The translations under genes and the position numbers were made by a program. A stretch of 64,000 bases of DNA from an uncultured Ulvibacter sp. GTDB taxonomy: Bacteria > Bacteroidota > Bacteroidia > Flavobacteriales > Flavobacteriaceae. This document shows positions 37,149 through 47,273 of the stretch, piece after piece. The stretch covers positions 30,432-94,431 of the forward strand of contig CBDUGY010000002.1 of assembly GCA_965367015.1 (NCBI GenBank). Reading direction: 5' to 3'. Positions within the stretch are counted from its first letter, which is position 1. The number at the start of each line of letters is the position of its first letter. The notes under the pieces were generated by a model, which was given only the letters and a program-made list of their open reading frames with translations, was not told where the DNA came from and did not search any database.

Positions 37149-38741
37149 ATGAAAGCATTTGCGCAACTCATTAAAACTCTTGACAGCACCAATAAAACTA
37201 CTTTAAAGGTAGATGCATTGTCCAATTATTTTTTACATGCTTCGGAAGAAGACAAATTATGGACTATCGCGATTCTTTCACATCGCCGGCCGAAGCGCCC
37301 CGTTAACACTACCTTACTCAGGCAATGGGCAACAGAGATTAGCGGAATACCTTTGTGGCTTTTCGAAGAGAGCTATCATATTGTTGGTGATCTTGCCGAA
37401 ACGATCGCGTTGATCTTGCCGACCTCTGAAGAACACACCGAAAAGTCCCTGTCAACATATATAGGCGAAATAATTCAGCTGAAAAAACTTTCAGAAGAAG
37501 AAAAGAAAAGCTACTTGCAGGAAAATTGGTTAAGGCTTAATTACTTCGAACGATTTGTATTTAATAAGATCCTCACAGGAAGTTTCCGCATAGGGGTGAG
37601 TCAGAAATTAATGACACGCGCACTTTCTAAGGCAACAGAAATTGATGAAGATATTCTCGCGTATAAACTTATGGGCGATTGGACGCCCGAAAATACCACC
37701 TTTCAGAAATTAATTCTCGAAGAAAACGCGGAAGATTATCTCTCAAAACCTTATCCCTTTTACCTTGCATATGCGGTGGAAAATAATTTTCAGGAAGATC
37801 TTGGCGATATATCACAATGGAGTTTTGAACATAAATGGGATGGTATTCGATCGCAGGTAATTATTAGAAATGATGAAGTCTTTGTTTGGTCTCGTGGAGA
37901 AGAATTGGTTACAGATAAATATCCCGAGTTTCAACAATTTCTAAATGAAATTCCTAACGGAACAGTCTTAGACGGTGAAATTCTTCCCTTCGGAAAAGGG
38001 CACATTGGCAATTTCAACGAGCTCCAAACACGAATAGGGCGAAAAAATCTTTCGAAAGCATTGCTCGAAAAAACACCAGTTATTTTAACTGCTTACGACC
38101 TGCTCGAGTGGAAGGGAGAAGATATTCGCCAAAAACCATTTTCTGAAAGACGGGAGATACTGGATAATCTCATTAGCACATGCGATTGCGATAAACTAGG
38201 CTTATACCTAAGCAATACCATGAATTTTGACACCTGGGAAGCCGCTGCCAAAGAACGAGAGTTGTCTCGCGAAAAACGAAGCGAAGGTTTAATGTTAAAG
38301 CGGAAAGATTCACCATATCTGGTAGGAAGAAAAAAGGGCGATTGGTGGAAGTGGAAAATTGATCCTTTCACAATCGATGCTGTATTAACATATGCGATGA
38401 GAGGTCATGGAAGGCGCGCAAATTTGTATACCGATTATACCTTCGGCCTCTGGAACAAGGGCGAACTCGTAACTTTCGCAAAGGCCTATTCGGGATTAAC
38501 TGATGCCGAATTTAGACAAATTGATGCCTGGATCAAAAAAAACACTTTAGAACGTTTTGGTCCTGTTCGGAGCGTAACACCACATCACGTTTTTGAAATC
38601 GCTTTTGAAGGAATCGCCGAAAGTTCACGCCATAAAAGTGGTATTGCCACTCGTTTTCCAAGAATACTACGATGGCGAAAAGACAAGCCTATTGAAGAAG
38701 CGAATACACTGGATGATTTAAAGGCATTAATTCCGAGATAA
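37149..38741 (+). CDS. ATP-dependent DNA ligase (three-domain, ligase-associated damage-response type)
   Basis: 530 aa from the ATG at 37149 (the track uses GTG at 37137). Adenylation motif I is EHKWDGIR; also LDGEILP, EGLMLKRKDS and WWKWK, followed by an OB domain. Confidence 0.85.
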   Translation: MKAFAQLIKTLDSTNKTTLKVDALSNYFLHASEEDKLWTIAILSHRRPKRPVNTTLLRQWATEISGIPLWLFEESYHIVGDLAETIALILPTSEEHTEKSLSTYIGEIIQLKKLSEEEKKSYLQENWLRLNYFERFVFNKILTGSFRIGVSQKLMTRALSKATEIDEDILAYKLMGDWTPENTTFQKLILEENAEDYLSKPYPFYLAYAVENNFQEDLGDISQWSFEHKWDGIRSQVIIRNDEVFVWSRGEELVTDKYPEFQQFLNEIPNGTVLDGEILPFGKGHIGNFNELQTRIGRKNLSKALLEKTPVILTAYDLLEWKGEDIRQKPFSERREILDNLISTCDCDKLGLYLSNTMNFDTWEAAAKERELSREKRSEGLMLKRKDSPYLVGRKKGDWWKWKIDPFTIDAVLTYAMRGHGRRANLYTDYTFGLWNKGELVTFAKAYSGLTDAEFRQIDAWIKKNTLERFGPVRSVTPHHVFEIAFEGIAESSRHKSGIATRFPRILRWRKDKPIEEANTLDDLKALIPR

Positions 38742-38772
38742 ATTAATCTCTTCCCGACTTAAAACAAAATAG

Positions 38773-41232
38773 TTGAATAGAACAGAACTCATTTCAATCG
38801 CCGAAACCTGGTTTGAACAACAAGGGTGGAAACCCTTTCCCTTTCAGAAAAAAACCTGGAAAGCATTTTTAAGTGGAAAACACGGGTTACTAAATGCTCC
38901 AACAGGAAGTGGAAAAACATATTCTCTTTGGTTTCCAATTGTACTTGAATATATCAGCAACAATCCTGATTATAAAACTAAAAAGTCTAAAGGGATAAAG
39001 GCTATTTGGATAACACCCCTGAGAGCCCTCTCTGTAGAGATTTTGCAGGCCGCACAGCGAGTTGCAGACGATCTCGAAACGGGATTAACAGTGGGTATTA
39101 GAACCGGAGATACTTCCCAAAGCGAGCGCGCTAAACAAAAGCGAAATATGCCTGATTTGCTTATCACTACGCCCGAAAGTTTAATGCTGCTGCTGGCCTC
39201 AAAAAACTACGATAAAATGTTCAAACCCTTAACGGCAATTGTAGTAGACGAGTGGCATGAATTATTGGGAAGTAAGCGCGGAGTGCAAATGGAACTCGCT
39301 CTTTCTAGGTTTAAAACTATTAGCCCGGAACTCCGAATTTGGGGTATTTCAGCTACTATTGGTAATCTGGAGCAAGCGCAGGATGTATTACTGGGGATTG
39401 ATGAAAGTTTTCGCAATGATTCTGTTTTAATTAAAGCAAAGCAAAAAAAGAAAATCAAGGTTATGTCCATCATTCCGAAGAAAATGGAAAATTTTCCATG
39501 GCGGGGACATCTCGGACTTCATTTGTTGGATGATATCATTCCAATTATTAGAAAAAGTAAAACGACGATTATCTTTACCAATACTCGAAGTCAGAGTGAA
39601 ATCTGGTTTCAGAAAATTCTCGAAAAATACCCGGAGTTCGCAGGAGAAATCGCAATGCATCATGGAAGCATCGACAAAGAAACCCGACTCTGGGTAGAAC
39701 AAGCTATTCGCAATGAGTCGTTAAAAGCAGTTGTCGCGACCTCAAGCCTCGATTTGGGGGTTGACTTTGCACCCGTTGAAACTATAATTCAAATTGGTGG
39801 TCCTAAAGGAATTGCTAAATTTTTACAACGTGCCGGCCGCAGTAATCATCGCCCGGGAGAGGCAAGTGTAATTCATTTTTTGCCCACTCATGCTCTCGAA
39901 TTGATTGAAGCTTCAGCCTTAAAGCATGCTGTAAAAGAGGAAGTGGTTGAAGATCGCATTCCCTATCTTATGAGTTTCGATGTCCTCATTCAATATTTAG
40001 TGACACTTGCGGTAAGCAACGGATTCTTTCCGAAAGAGATTTATCCTGAAATTAAAAAAACCTTTTGCTTTCAAGGAATTACTGAAGACGAATGGAAATG
40101 GTGTCTGAATTTTATTACTATTGGAAGTCAAAGTTTGAAAGCATATGATGAATACCGAAAAGTAATCGTGACGCCCGAAGGTCTTTTTAAAGTTGAAAGT
40201 CGGCAGATTGCGATGATGCATCGACTCTCCATAGGAACTATCGTAAGCGATGCCATGCTAATGGTGAAATATGTTTCGGGCGGATTCATTGGAACGATCG
40301 AAGAATACTTTGTAGGTAAAATGAAACCCGGAGACACATTTGTATTCGCAGGACGAACCCTGGAATTGGTACGCCTTCGTAATATGGTGGCACAGGTACG
40401 GCGTTCAAATAAACGTACAAGTAGAATTGTAAGTTTTATGGGCGGACGAATGGCTCTATCCTCACAAATGAGTGAAATTTTAAGGCAAGAATTGCAAAGT
40501 GAAGCCGATCATAAACGAAATACTCCCGAATTACGTGCACTCAGCACTCTGTTCGATAGGCAGGAGTTAGAATCAATAGTTCCCGGTGAAAATCAATTTC
40601 TTGTCGAGAGTTTTAAGACACGTGAAGGCTATCATACTATTTTCTATCCTTTCGAAGGGAGATTTGTTCATATGGCGATGAGTGGGCTTCTAGCATATCG
40701 GATAAGTTTACTCTCCCCTATTTCTTTTTCTTTGGCCTACAATGACTACGGTTTCGAGCTGCTTAGCGATCAGCCTTTGGATGTTCAAAATGTGATCGAT
40801 AATAATTTATTCTCAACAGAATTTCTCTTCGACGATCTTCAAAAAAGCTTAAATTCAACTGAGTTAGCCAGAAGAAAGTTTCGCGATATTGCAGTAATTA
40901 GCGGTCTCGTATTTCAGGGGTATCCGAATAAAATGATAAAGACAAAACATTTACAGAGTAACTCGCAATTATTATTTGAAGTATTCAGGGATTATGAACC
41001 CGATAATTTGTTGTACCTGCAGGCGTTCAGGGAAACTTTTGAGCATGAATTGGAGGAAGGAAGATTGCGAATAGCGCTAGAGCGTATAGATTCGCAAGAG
41101 ATTATTTGGAAGCAATGTAAAAAACCAACGCCCTTTAGCTTTCCCATTATTACAGATAGATTGAGAGAAAAACTGTCTTCGGAAAAATTGGCAGATCGAA
41201 TAAAAAAAATGAAATTACTGTTAGAAAAATGA
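38773..41232 (+). CDS. ligase-associated DNA damage response DExH-box helicase (Lhr-core-like)
   Basis: 819 aa with a TTG start. Walker A APTGSGKT, DExH box VVDEWHEL, SATIGN, motif VI QRAGRSNHR and a long Lhr-type C-terminal domain. Confidence 0.85.
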   Translation: MNRTELISIAETWFEQQGWKPFPFQKKTWKAFLSGKHGLLNAPTGSGKTYSLWFPIVLEYISNNPDYKTKKSKGIKAIWITPLRALSVEILQAAQRVADDLETGLTVGIRTGDTSQSERAKQKRNMPDLLITTPESLMLLLASKNYDKMFKPLTAIVVDEWHELLGSKRGVQMELALSRFKTISPELRIWGISATIGNLEQAQDVLLGIDESFRNDSVLIKAKQKKKIKVMSIIPKKMENFPWRGHLGLHLLDDIIPIIRKSKTTIIFTNTRSQSEIWFQKILEKYPEFAGEIAMHHGSIDKETRLWVEQAIRNESLKAVVATSSLDLGVDFAPVETIIQIGGPKGIAKFLQRAGRSNHRPGEASVIHFLPTHALELIEASALKHAVKEEVVEDRIPYLMSFDVLIQYLVTLAVSNGFFPKEIYPEIKKTFCFQGITEDEWKWCLNFITIGSQSLKAYDEYRKVIVTPEGLFKVESRQIAMMHRLSIGTIVSDAMLMVKYVSGGFIGTIEEYFVGKMKPGDTFVFAGRTLELVRLRNMVAQVRRSNKRTSRIVSFMGGRMALSSQMSEILRQELQSEADHKRNTPELRALSTLFDRQELESIVPGENQFLVESFKTREGYHTIFYPFEGRFVHMAMSGLLAYRISLLSPISFSLAYNDYGFELLSDQPLDVQNVIDNNLFSTEFLFDDLQKSLNSTELARRKFRDIAVISGLVFQGYPNKMIKTKHLQSNSQLLFEVFRDYEPDNLLYLQAFRETFEHELEEGRLRIALERIDSQEIIWKQCKKPTPFSFPIITDRLREKLSSEKLADRIKKMKLLLEK

Positions 41233-41867
41233 CCCAGACGATTGAAATTAGAAAACAACAATTTTTGCTGCATGATAGCGGTGCGATGTATTGGCTTCAG
41301 AAAAAAATGCTGTTAATTGCTGATGTGCATTTTGGAAAAGTGACTCATTTCAGAAAATATGGTGCTGCAATTCCGAAACAAGCTTCCGAAGAAAATTTTA
41401 GAAAACTTCAAAAGCTAGTTGAAGAGATTAAACCCGATACTATTTGCTTTCTCGGAGATCTTTTTCATAGTACAATTAACAGCGAATGGGAACCTTTCAG
41501 GAATTGGGTTGAAAACACAAAAGCCTCAATTATTTTAGTTTCCGGAAATCACGATATAATTCCAACGTATTTATTTGAAGAGTTAAAAATTGAAGTCTTA
41601 GATACTATTAAAATCGATACTTTTATGTTAACCCATCACCCAACTGAAGATGCTACGCTATTTAATATTTGCGGGCATATTCATCCGGGAATTCGAATGA
41701 AAGGTGTTGGAAGACAAATCATGAAACTCTCTTGTTTTTATAAAACTGAGACACAACTTATTCTCCCGGCTTTTGGTAACTTTACGGGTAAGCATATTTT
41801 AAGTCCTAAGGAAACCGACGACATTTTTGTCATCGTTGATGGGGAAGTAATTTGTGTATCAAACTAA
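41229..41867 (+). CDS. pdeM: ligase-associated DNA damage response metallophosphoesterase
   Basis: 212 aa with an ATGA start/stop overlap with the helicase. Calcineurin-like phosphoesterase motifs ADVHFGK, GDLFH, GNHD and GHIHP. Confidence 0.8.
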   Translation: MTQTIEIRKQQFLLHDSGAMYWLQKKMLLIADVHFGKVTHFRKYGAAIPKQASEENFRKLQKLVEEIKPDTICFLGDLFHSTINSEWEPFRNWVENTKASIILVSGNHDIIPTYLFEELKIEVLDTIKIDTFMLTHHPTEDATLFNICGHIHPGIRMKGVGRQIMKLSCFYKTETQLILPAFGNFTGKHILSPKETDDIFVIVDGEVICVSN

Positions 41868-41873
41868 AAAATT

Positions 41874-42671
41874 ATGAAAAAAACCCTGCAAATAGCTAAT
41901 ATCATCGCCTTTGTGTTAATGGTATTTGTAAATTATCTTTCCAACACCGGAGCCATCAACAATACCACTATTGGAAATGTTTCTGATAGTTTAAACACGC
42001 TCTTTACCCCTGCCGGCTATGCTTTTTCAATATGGGGAATTATTTATTTATTCCTTCTGGGCTTTATAATATATCAGAGCAGAAGTCTATTCAAAAAAGT
42101 GCGGGATGACGAATTTATCCTTAAAATAGGTTGGTATTTCGTGCTTTCTTGTGTTGCAAATGTATTATGGATAACTTTTTGGCTCTACGGATATGTGAAT
42201 TTCTCGGTGCTCTGTATTTTCGTATTACTGTATTCCCTACTGAAAATTATCTTGAACAATAAAATGGAATTATGGGATGCGCCAATTTCGATAATCGTGT
42301 TTTTATGGTGGCCTTTTGTAATCTATAGTGGATGGATAACGGTGGCCAGTATCGTAAATGTTTCAGCGTATTTAATGGATATGGGATGGGATGGTTTTGG
42401 TATTTCTGAAACCACTTGGGCAATTATTATGATCATCATTGCCGGTATTATAAATCTTCTTGTTATCTGGAAACGAAATATGCGTGAATTCGGATTAGTA
42501 GGAATTTGGGCGCTGGCCGCTATCGCTGTCGCTAATTGGGAAATAAATCAGACTGTTGCTTACGCCGCAATTTTTACGGCAGCTATACTTTTTGGAAATG
42601 TAAGTATTCATGGATTTAAAAACAGAGAAACCAGTCCATTTATCAAACTCAATCAATACCTTAATCGATAA
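41874..42671 (+). CDS. TspO/MBR-like tryptophan-rich integral membrane protein
   Basis: 265 aa, about 7 TM helices, Trp-rich. FTPAGYAFSIWGIIY resembles the TspO-related family. Assigned from memory. Confidence 0.45.
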   Translation: MKKTLQIANIIAFVLMVFVNYLSNTGAINNTTIGNVSDSLNTLFTPAGYAFSIWGIIYLFLLGFIIYQSRSLFKKVRDDEFILKIGWYFVLSCVANVLWITFWLYGYVNFSVLCIFVLLYSLLKIILNNKMELWDAPISIIVFLWWPFVIYSGWITVASIVNVSAYLMDMGWDGFGISETTWAIIMIIIAGIINLLVIWKRNMREFGLVGIWALAAIAVANWEINQTVAYAAIFTAAILFGNVSIHGFKNRETSPFIKLNQYLNR

Positions 42672-43813
42672 TGTTAGATAGTCAGAAGCATTTATTCAGC
42701 TTACCCGAAGGGGTTTCCTATCTCAATTGCGCAACTATGTCTGCCCAATTAAAATCGGTTGAAAAAATTGGAATTGAGAATCTTCAGAAAAAATCCACCC
42801 CGTATGTAATTGAAAGCAAACATTTTTTCAAAGAAAGAGAGGTATTAAAACAACGGTTTGCCCGGTTGATTGGGGCTCCCGGTCCGGGATATATTTCAAT
42901 AATTCCTTCGGTTTCCTACGGAATTGCTAACGCTATCAAGAATATTTCCTTTGAAAATGGTGATGAGGTCATTGTATTGGAAGAGCAATTCCCGAGTAAT
43001 TTTTATGCATGGAAAGCTTTGGAAATGGAGAAAGGGGTGACTTTAAAAACAATTCCGGCCCCAGAAATTATCGAAGGAAGAGGTAGAATATGGAATGAGC
43101 GTATTTTAGAAGCAATTTCCGCTAAAACTAAGGTGGTTTCCATCCCAAATATTCATTGGACCGATGGTACGCTGTTCAATCTTGAGGCAATAAGGGCACG
43201 AACCAATGAATTTGGAGCCTATTTAGTAATTGATGGAACTCAAAGCGTTGGAGCATTAGATTTTTCGGTTGATAAAATAAAGCCCGATGTTTTAATCTGC
43301 GCCGGTTATAAATGGTTAATGGGTGCCTACGGATTAGGAGTTGCCTTTTATGGCGAACGATTTCATCATGGTAAACCCATTGAAAATAATTGGATGAATC
43401 ATGAGGGAAGCGAAGATTTTACGAATCTGGTTAAGTACAATCCTGAGTTTAAATCAATGGCGGCTCGCTACGATATGGGTGAATCCAGTAATTTCATTCT
43501 AACACCGATGCTCTCAGAAGCAATTCGGCAAATCTTAGAATGGACACCAAATGCAATCCAGCAATATTGTAAAAGAATCACTGAGACTCCCTTAAAGCAA
43601 CTTCAGGAAAGAGGCTATTTCATTGAAGATCCACAGTATCGGGCGCACCATTTATTCGGAATATATTTACCTTCAGGTAAAGACATTCAGAAGATAAAAG
43701 AGGCTCTTTTAGAAAATCACATTTACGTTTCCTATCGAGGAAAAGCCATCCGTATATCTCCAAATATTTATAATACTGAAGAGGATATGGACAAGCTGCT
43801 GCGTTTGTTTTAA
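42671..43813 (+). CDS. aminotransferase class V-fold PLP-dependent enzyme
   Basis: 380 aa with a TAATG overlap with the previous gene. Contains LVIDGTQSVG and AGYKWLMG (PLP Lys), as in the cysteine desulfurase/epimerase fold. Confidence 0.75.
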   Translation: MLDSQKHLFSLPEGVSYLNCATMSAQLKSVEKIGIENLQKKSTPYVIESKHFFKEREVLKQRFARLIGAPGPGYISIIPSVSYGIANAIKNISFENGDEVIVLEEQFPSNFYAWKALEMEKGVTLKTIPAPEIIEGRGRIWNERILEAISAKTKVVSIPNIHWTDGTLFNLEAIRARTNEFGAYLVIDGTQSVGALDFSVDKIKPDVLICAGYKWLMGAYGLGVAFYGERFHHGKPIENNWMNHEGSEDFTNLVKYNPEFKSMAARYDMGESSNFILTPMLSEAIRQILEWTPNAIQQYCKRITETPLKQLQERGYFIEDPQYRAHHLFGIYLPSGKDIQKIKEALLENHIYVSYRGKAIRISPNIYNTEEDMDKLLRLF

Positions 43814-43883
43814 AGTTAACTAAATGATAATACTGGGTATTGGCAGCCAAAATTTTTAAAGAAGGTATTATCTTTGCAAACTT

Positions 43884-46800
43884 ATGAGCAAAACCATTGT
43901 TCGTTCGCTTTTTGCACAGTCTTCGGCCACCCGAAAACTGGGGGAGGCTATTGCCAATTCTCAAGAATCTACCACGGTTTCGGGATTAGTGGGATCTTCC
44001 GTTTCTTTAGTAATAGCCGAAGTATTCAAGATGGTTGAAAAGCCTTTCCTATTAATTTTCAATGATAAGGAAGAAGCAGCATATCATCTTAACGATTTGG
44101 AAAATCTATTAAGTGACCAGAATGTACTTTTCTATCCGGGGAGCTATCGGAGACCTTACCAGATTGAAGAAACCGATAATGCTAACGTGCTGTTGCGTTC
44201 GGAGGTTTTAAACCGAATCAACTCAAGAAAGAAACCGGCGCTCATTGTAACTTATCCGGAGGCACTTTTCGAGAAAGTCGTAACACGAAAAGAACTAGAG
44301 AAGAATACGTTGAAGATCTCCGTTAATGACGATCTCTCTATAGATTTCGTCAATGAAGTGCTTTTTGCATATAACTTTAAAAGAACCGATTTCGTAACCG
44401 AACCTGGGGAATTTTCTGTTCGTGGCGGCATATTAGATGTATTTTCTTTTAGTAATGACGAACCCTATAGAATTGAATTCTTTGGAGACGATGTAGATAG
44501 TATTCGAACTTTCGACGTAGAAACACAGCTTTCTCTAGAGCAAGTAAAGAAAGTTTCTATCATTCCAAATGTGGAAAATAAAATGATGGAAGAGAATCGG
44601 GAAAGCTTTCTAAAATACATTGCCTCAAAAACTGTGATTTTCTTAAAAAACGAAGAGCTTCTAAGTAATAGTATTGATAAATTATTTCAAAAAGCTTCTG
44701 AGGCATTTAAGCAACAGACTGGTGAAGTCAAGATGAGCGCACCCGGCGAATTATTTTGTACTTCCGAATTATTGAAGCAGCAACTCGCAGAATTTACTTC
44801 CGTAACGCTAAATACTAAAATTACATCGCAAAATAGCAATATTACATTTAAGACAAGGCCACAACCTTCTTTTAACAAACAATTTAATTTGCTAATTGAA
44901 AACCTCAACGCAAATGCTGCCGATGGTTACACCAATTATATATTTTGCAGTAGCGATCAACAGGCAAAGCGTTTTCATGATATTTTTGAAGATGCCCAAC
45001 AAAAGGTAGAACAATTTAAAACAGTTGTTTTTCCTCTTTATCAGGGCTTTATCGATGATGAGAATCGAAATATTTGTTATACCGATCATCAAATTTTTGA
45101 ACGATATCACAAGTTTCAACTAAAGAATGGCTATGCTAAAAAACAGGCCATTACCCTCAAGGAGCTAACAAATCTTGAAGTTGGAGATTACGTAACACAC
45201 ATCGATCACGGGATAGGTAAATTTGGCGGACTTCAAAAAATTGAAGTCGAAGGCAAGCAACAAGAAGCAATAAAACTGATCTACGGGGAACGAGACATAT
45301 TATACCTCAGTATTCACTCCCTCCATAAGATCTCCAAATACAATGGAAAAGACGGGACGGCTCCGAAAATTTATAAGCTTGGGAGTGCTGCCTGGAAAAA
45401 GTTAAAACAAAAAACCAAAACACGGGTTAAAGAAATCGCCTTTAACCTCATCGAACTATATGCCAAACGCCGACTCAAAAAGGGATTTTCCTATGATCCC
45501 GATTCGTATCTACAGTTAGAATTAGAATCATCGTTTATGTATGAAGACACTCCAGATCAATCTACAGCGACGGAGGACGTAAAACGCGATATGGAGAGCG
45601 AGCGTCCTATGGATCGTTTAGTATGTGGGGATGTTGGTTTCGGTAAGACTGAAGTTGCCATTCGGGCTGCGTTTAAAGCAGTTGATAATGGAAAGCAAGT
45701 TGCAGTTTTGGTTCCCACGACAATTTTAGCGTTTCAGCACCAAAAAACATTTTCAGAACGATTGGCCGAAATGCCTGTAAGAGTCGATTATCTGAATCGA
45801 TTTAGAACTGCGAAGGAACGCCGTACTGTTTTAGAAGATCTTAAAAGTGGCAAACTTGATATTGTAATTGGAACGCATCAATTGGTTAATAAATCGGTTG
45901 AATTTAAAGACCTTGGTCTTCTTATTATTGATGAGGAACAAAAATTTGGAGTTGCCGTTAAAGACAAATTAAAGACTATCAAAGAAAATGTAGACACATT
46001 AACACTCACTGCTACTCCAATACCGAGAACTCTTCAGTTTAGTTTAATGGCAGCGCGTGATCTTTCAGTTATTACTACAGCTCCCCCCAATCGTTACCCG
46101 GTAGAAACCAATGTTATCCGTTTTTCCGAAGACACCATTCGAGACGCAATAAGATATGAGATCTCACGAGGCGGACAGGTGTTCTTTGTACATAATAGAA
46201 TTGAAAACATAAAAGAAGTAGCTGGAATGATTCAGAGGCTTTGTCCGGATGCAAAGATTGGAATTGGCCATGGACAAATGGAGGGAAAGAAACTAGAGAA
46301 ATTGATGCTTGCATTTATGAATAACGAATTTGATGTTTTAGTTTCCACCACCATTATTGAAAGTGGATTGGACGTTCCCAACGCAAATACCATATTTATC
46401 AATAATGCAAATAACTTCGGAATTTCCGATTTGCATCAAATGCGGGGTAGAGTTGGACGTAGCAACAAAAAGGCATTCTGTTATTTTATTACGCCACCCT
46501 ATTCTGCCATGACCGACGACGCACGAAAACGTATAACCGCGCTAGAACAATTCAGTGAATTAGGCAGCGGACTCAATATTGCGATGAAGGATCTGGAGAT
46601 ACGCGGAGCCGGAGATCTTCTGGGAGGTGAGCAAAGCGGATTTATAAATGAAATAGGCTTTGATACCTATCAAAAAATTCTAGCTGAGGCGATTGACGAA
46701 TTAAAGGAAAAAGAATTTAAGCATCTCTATACCGACGCCGAGAAAGAAAAAAAGAATTTCGTTAAAGAAACAGTGATCGATACCGATTTCGAATTACTAT

Positions 46801-47225
46801 TTCCGGATGATTATGTGAATAATATCACTGAACGCCTCAACCTCTACACAAAACTAAACGAGATTAAAGATGAGATCACGCTTCAGAAATTTGAAAATGA
46901 GCTTATCGATAGATTTGGAGAATTACCGCAACCCGCTGTAGACCTATTTAACAGTGTTCGCATAAAATGGGTAGCGATAGCGATGGGCTTGGAAAGGGTG
47001 GTTATGAAAAAAGGTAAGTTAGTTGGCTATTTTGTAAGTGATCAACAAAGCGCGTTCTATCAAAGTGAGGCATTTACGAAAGTGCTGCAGTATGTGCAAA
47101 GTCATTCGAGCACAGTAAAGATGAAAGAAAAGCAAACTCGAAGTGGTTTGCGCTTAATACTCACTTTTGAAGGAATAGTTTCAATAAATAAAGCATTAAA
47201 AGCATTGAATTCTTTTATGGTCTAG
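43884..47225 (+). CDS. mfd: transcription-repair coupling factor
   Basis: 1113 aa. UvrB-homology N-terminus, CarD-like RNAP-interaction domain (GDYVTHIDHGIGKF), SF2 motor (GDVGFGKTEVA, DEEQKFG, RGRVGRS) and the TRG region. Confidence 0.95.
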   Translation: MSKTIVRSLFAQSSATRKLGEAIANSQESTTVSGLVGSSVSLVIAEVFKMVEKPFLLIFNDKEEAAYHLNDLENLLSDQNVLFYPGSYRRPYQIEETDNANVLLRSEVLNRINSRKKPALIVTYPEALFEKVVTRKELEKNTLKISVNDDLSIDFVNEVLFAYNFKRTDFVTEPGEFSVRGGILDVFSFSNDEPYRIEFFGDDVDSIRTFDVETQLSLEQVKKVSIIPNVENKMMEENRESFLKYIASKTVIFLKNEELLSNSIDKLFQKASEAFKQQTGEVKMSAPGELFCTSELLKQQLAEFTSVTLNTKITSQNSNITFKTRPQPSFNKQFNLLIENLNANAADGYTNYIFCSSDQQAKRFHDIFEDAQQKVEQFKTVVFPLYQGFIDDENRNICYTDHQIFERYHKFQLKNGYAKKQAITLKELTNLEVGDYVTHIDHGIGKFGGLQKIEVEGKQQEAIKLIYGERDILYLSIHSLHKISKYNGKDGTAPKIYKLGSAAWKKLKQKTKTRVKEIAFNLIELYAKRRLKKGFSYDPDSYLQLELESSFMYEDTPDQSTATEDVKRDMESERPMDRLVCGDVGFGKTEVAIRAAFKAVDNGKQVAVLVPTTILAFQHQKTFSERLAEMPVRVDYLNRFRTAKERRTVLEDLKSGKLDIVIGTHQLVNKSVEFKDLGLLIIDEEQKFGVAVKDKLKTIKENVDTLTLTATPIPRTLQFSLMAARDLSVITTAPPNRYPVETNVIRFSEDTIRDAIRYEISRGGQVFFVHNRIENIKEVAGMIQRLCPDAKIGIGHGQMEGKKLEKLMLAFMNNEFDVLVSTTIIESGLDVPNANTIFINNANNFGISDLHQMRGRVGRSNKKAFCYFITPPYSAMTDDARKRITALEQFSELGSGLNIAMKDLEIRGAGDLLGGEQSGFINEIGFDTYQKILAEAIDELKEKEFKHLYTDAEKEKKNFVKETVIDTDFELLFPDDYVNNITERLNLYTKLNEIKDEITLQKFENELIDRFGELPQPAVDLFNSVRIKWVAIAMGLERVVMKKGKLVGYFVSDQQSAFYQSEAFTKVLQYVQSHSSTVKMKEKQTRSGLRLILTFEGIVSINKALKALNSFMV

Positions 47226-47273
47226 TTTTTGGTTAAACCGAAGCATATCATACTTTAACTATATTTGTGGCTT

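Noticed and set aside
36666-37166. 166-aa minus-strand ORF and 66-aa plus-strand ORF (36952-37152) across the exonuclease/ligase junction.
   Set aside because: Both lie almost entirely inside or antisense to the well-supported exonuclease gene. Their composition is Cys/Phe-rich and low in complexity, as is typical of shadow ORFs in AT-rich DNA.
43869-43876. Exact TAnnTTTG box (TATCTTTG) just upstream of mfd.
   Set aside because: Only 7 nt separate the motif from the ATG at 43884, so transcription would start at or inside the start codon. It could be a leaderless transcript, but that is too uncertain to call as a promoter.
43620-43964. 114-aa minus-strand ORF spanning the aminotransferase 3' end and the mfd 5' end.
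   Set aside because: It is antisense to two strongly supported genes and has no recognisable motifs, so it is a shadow ORF.
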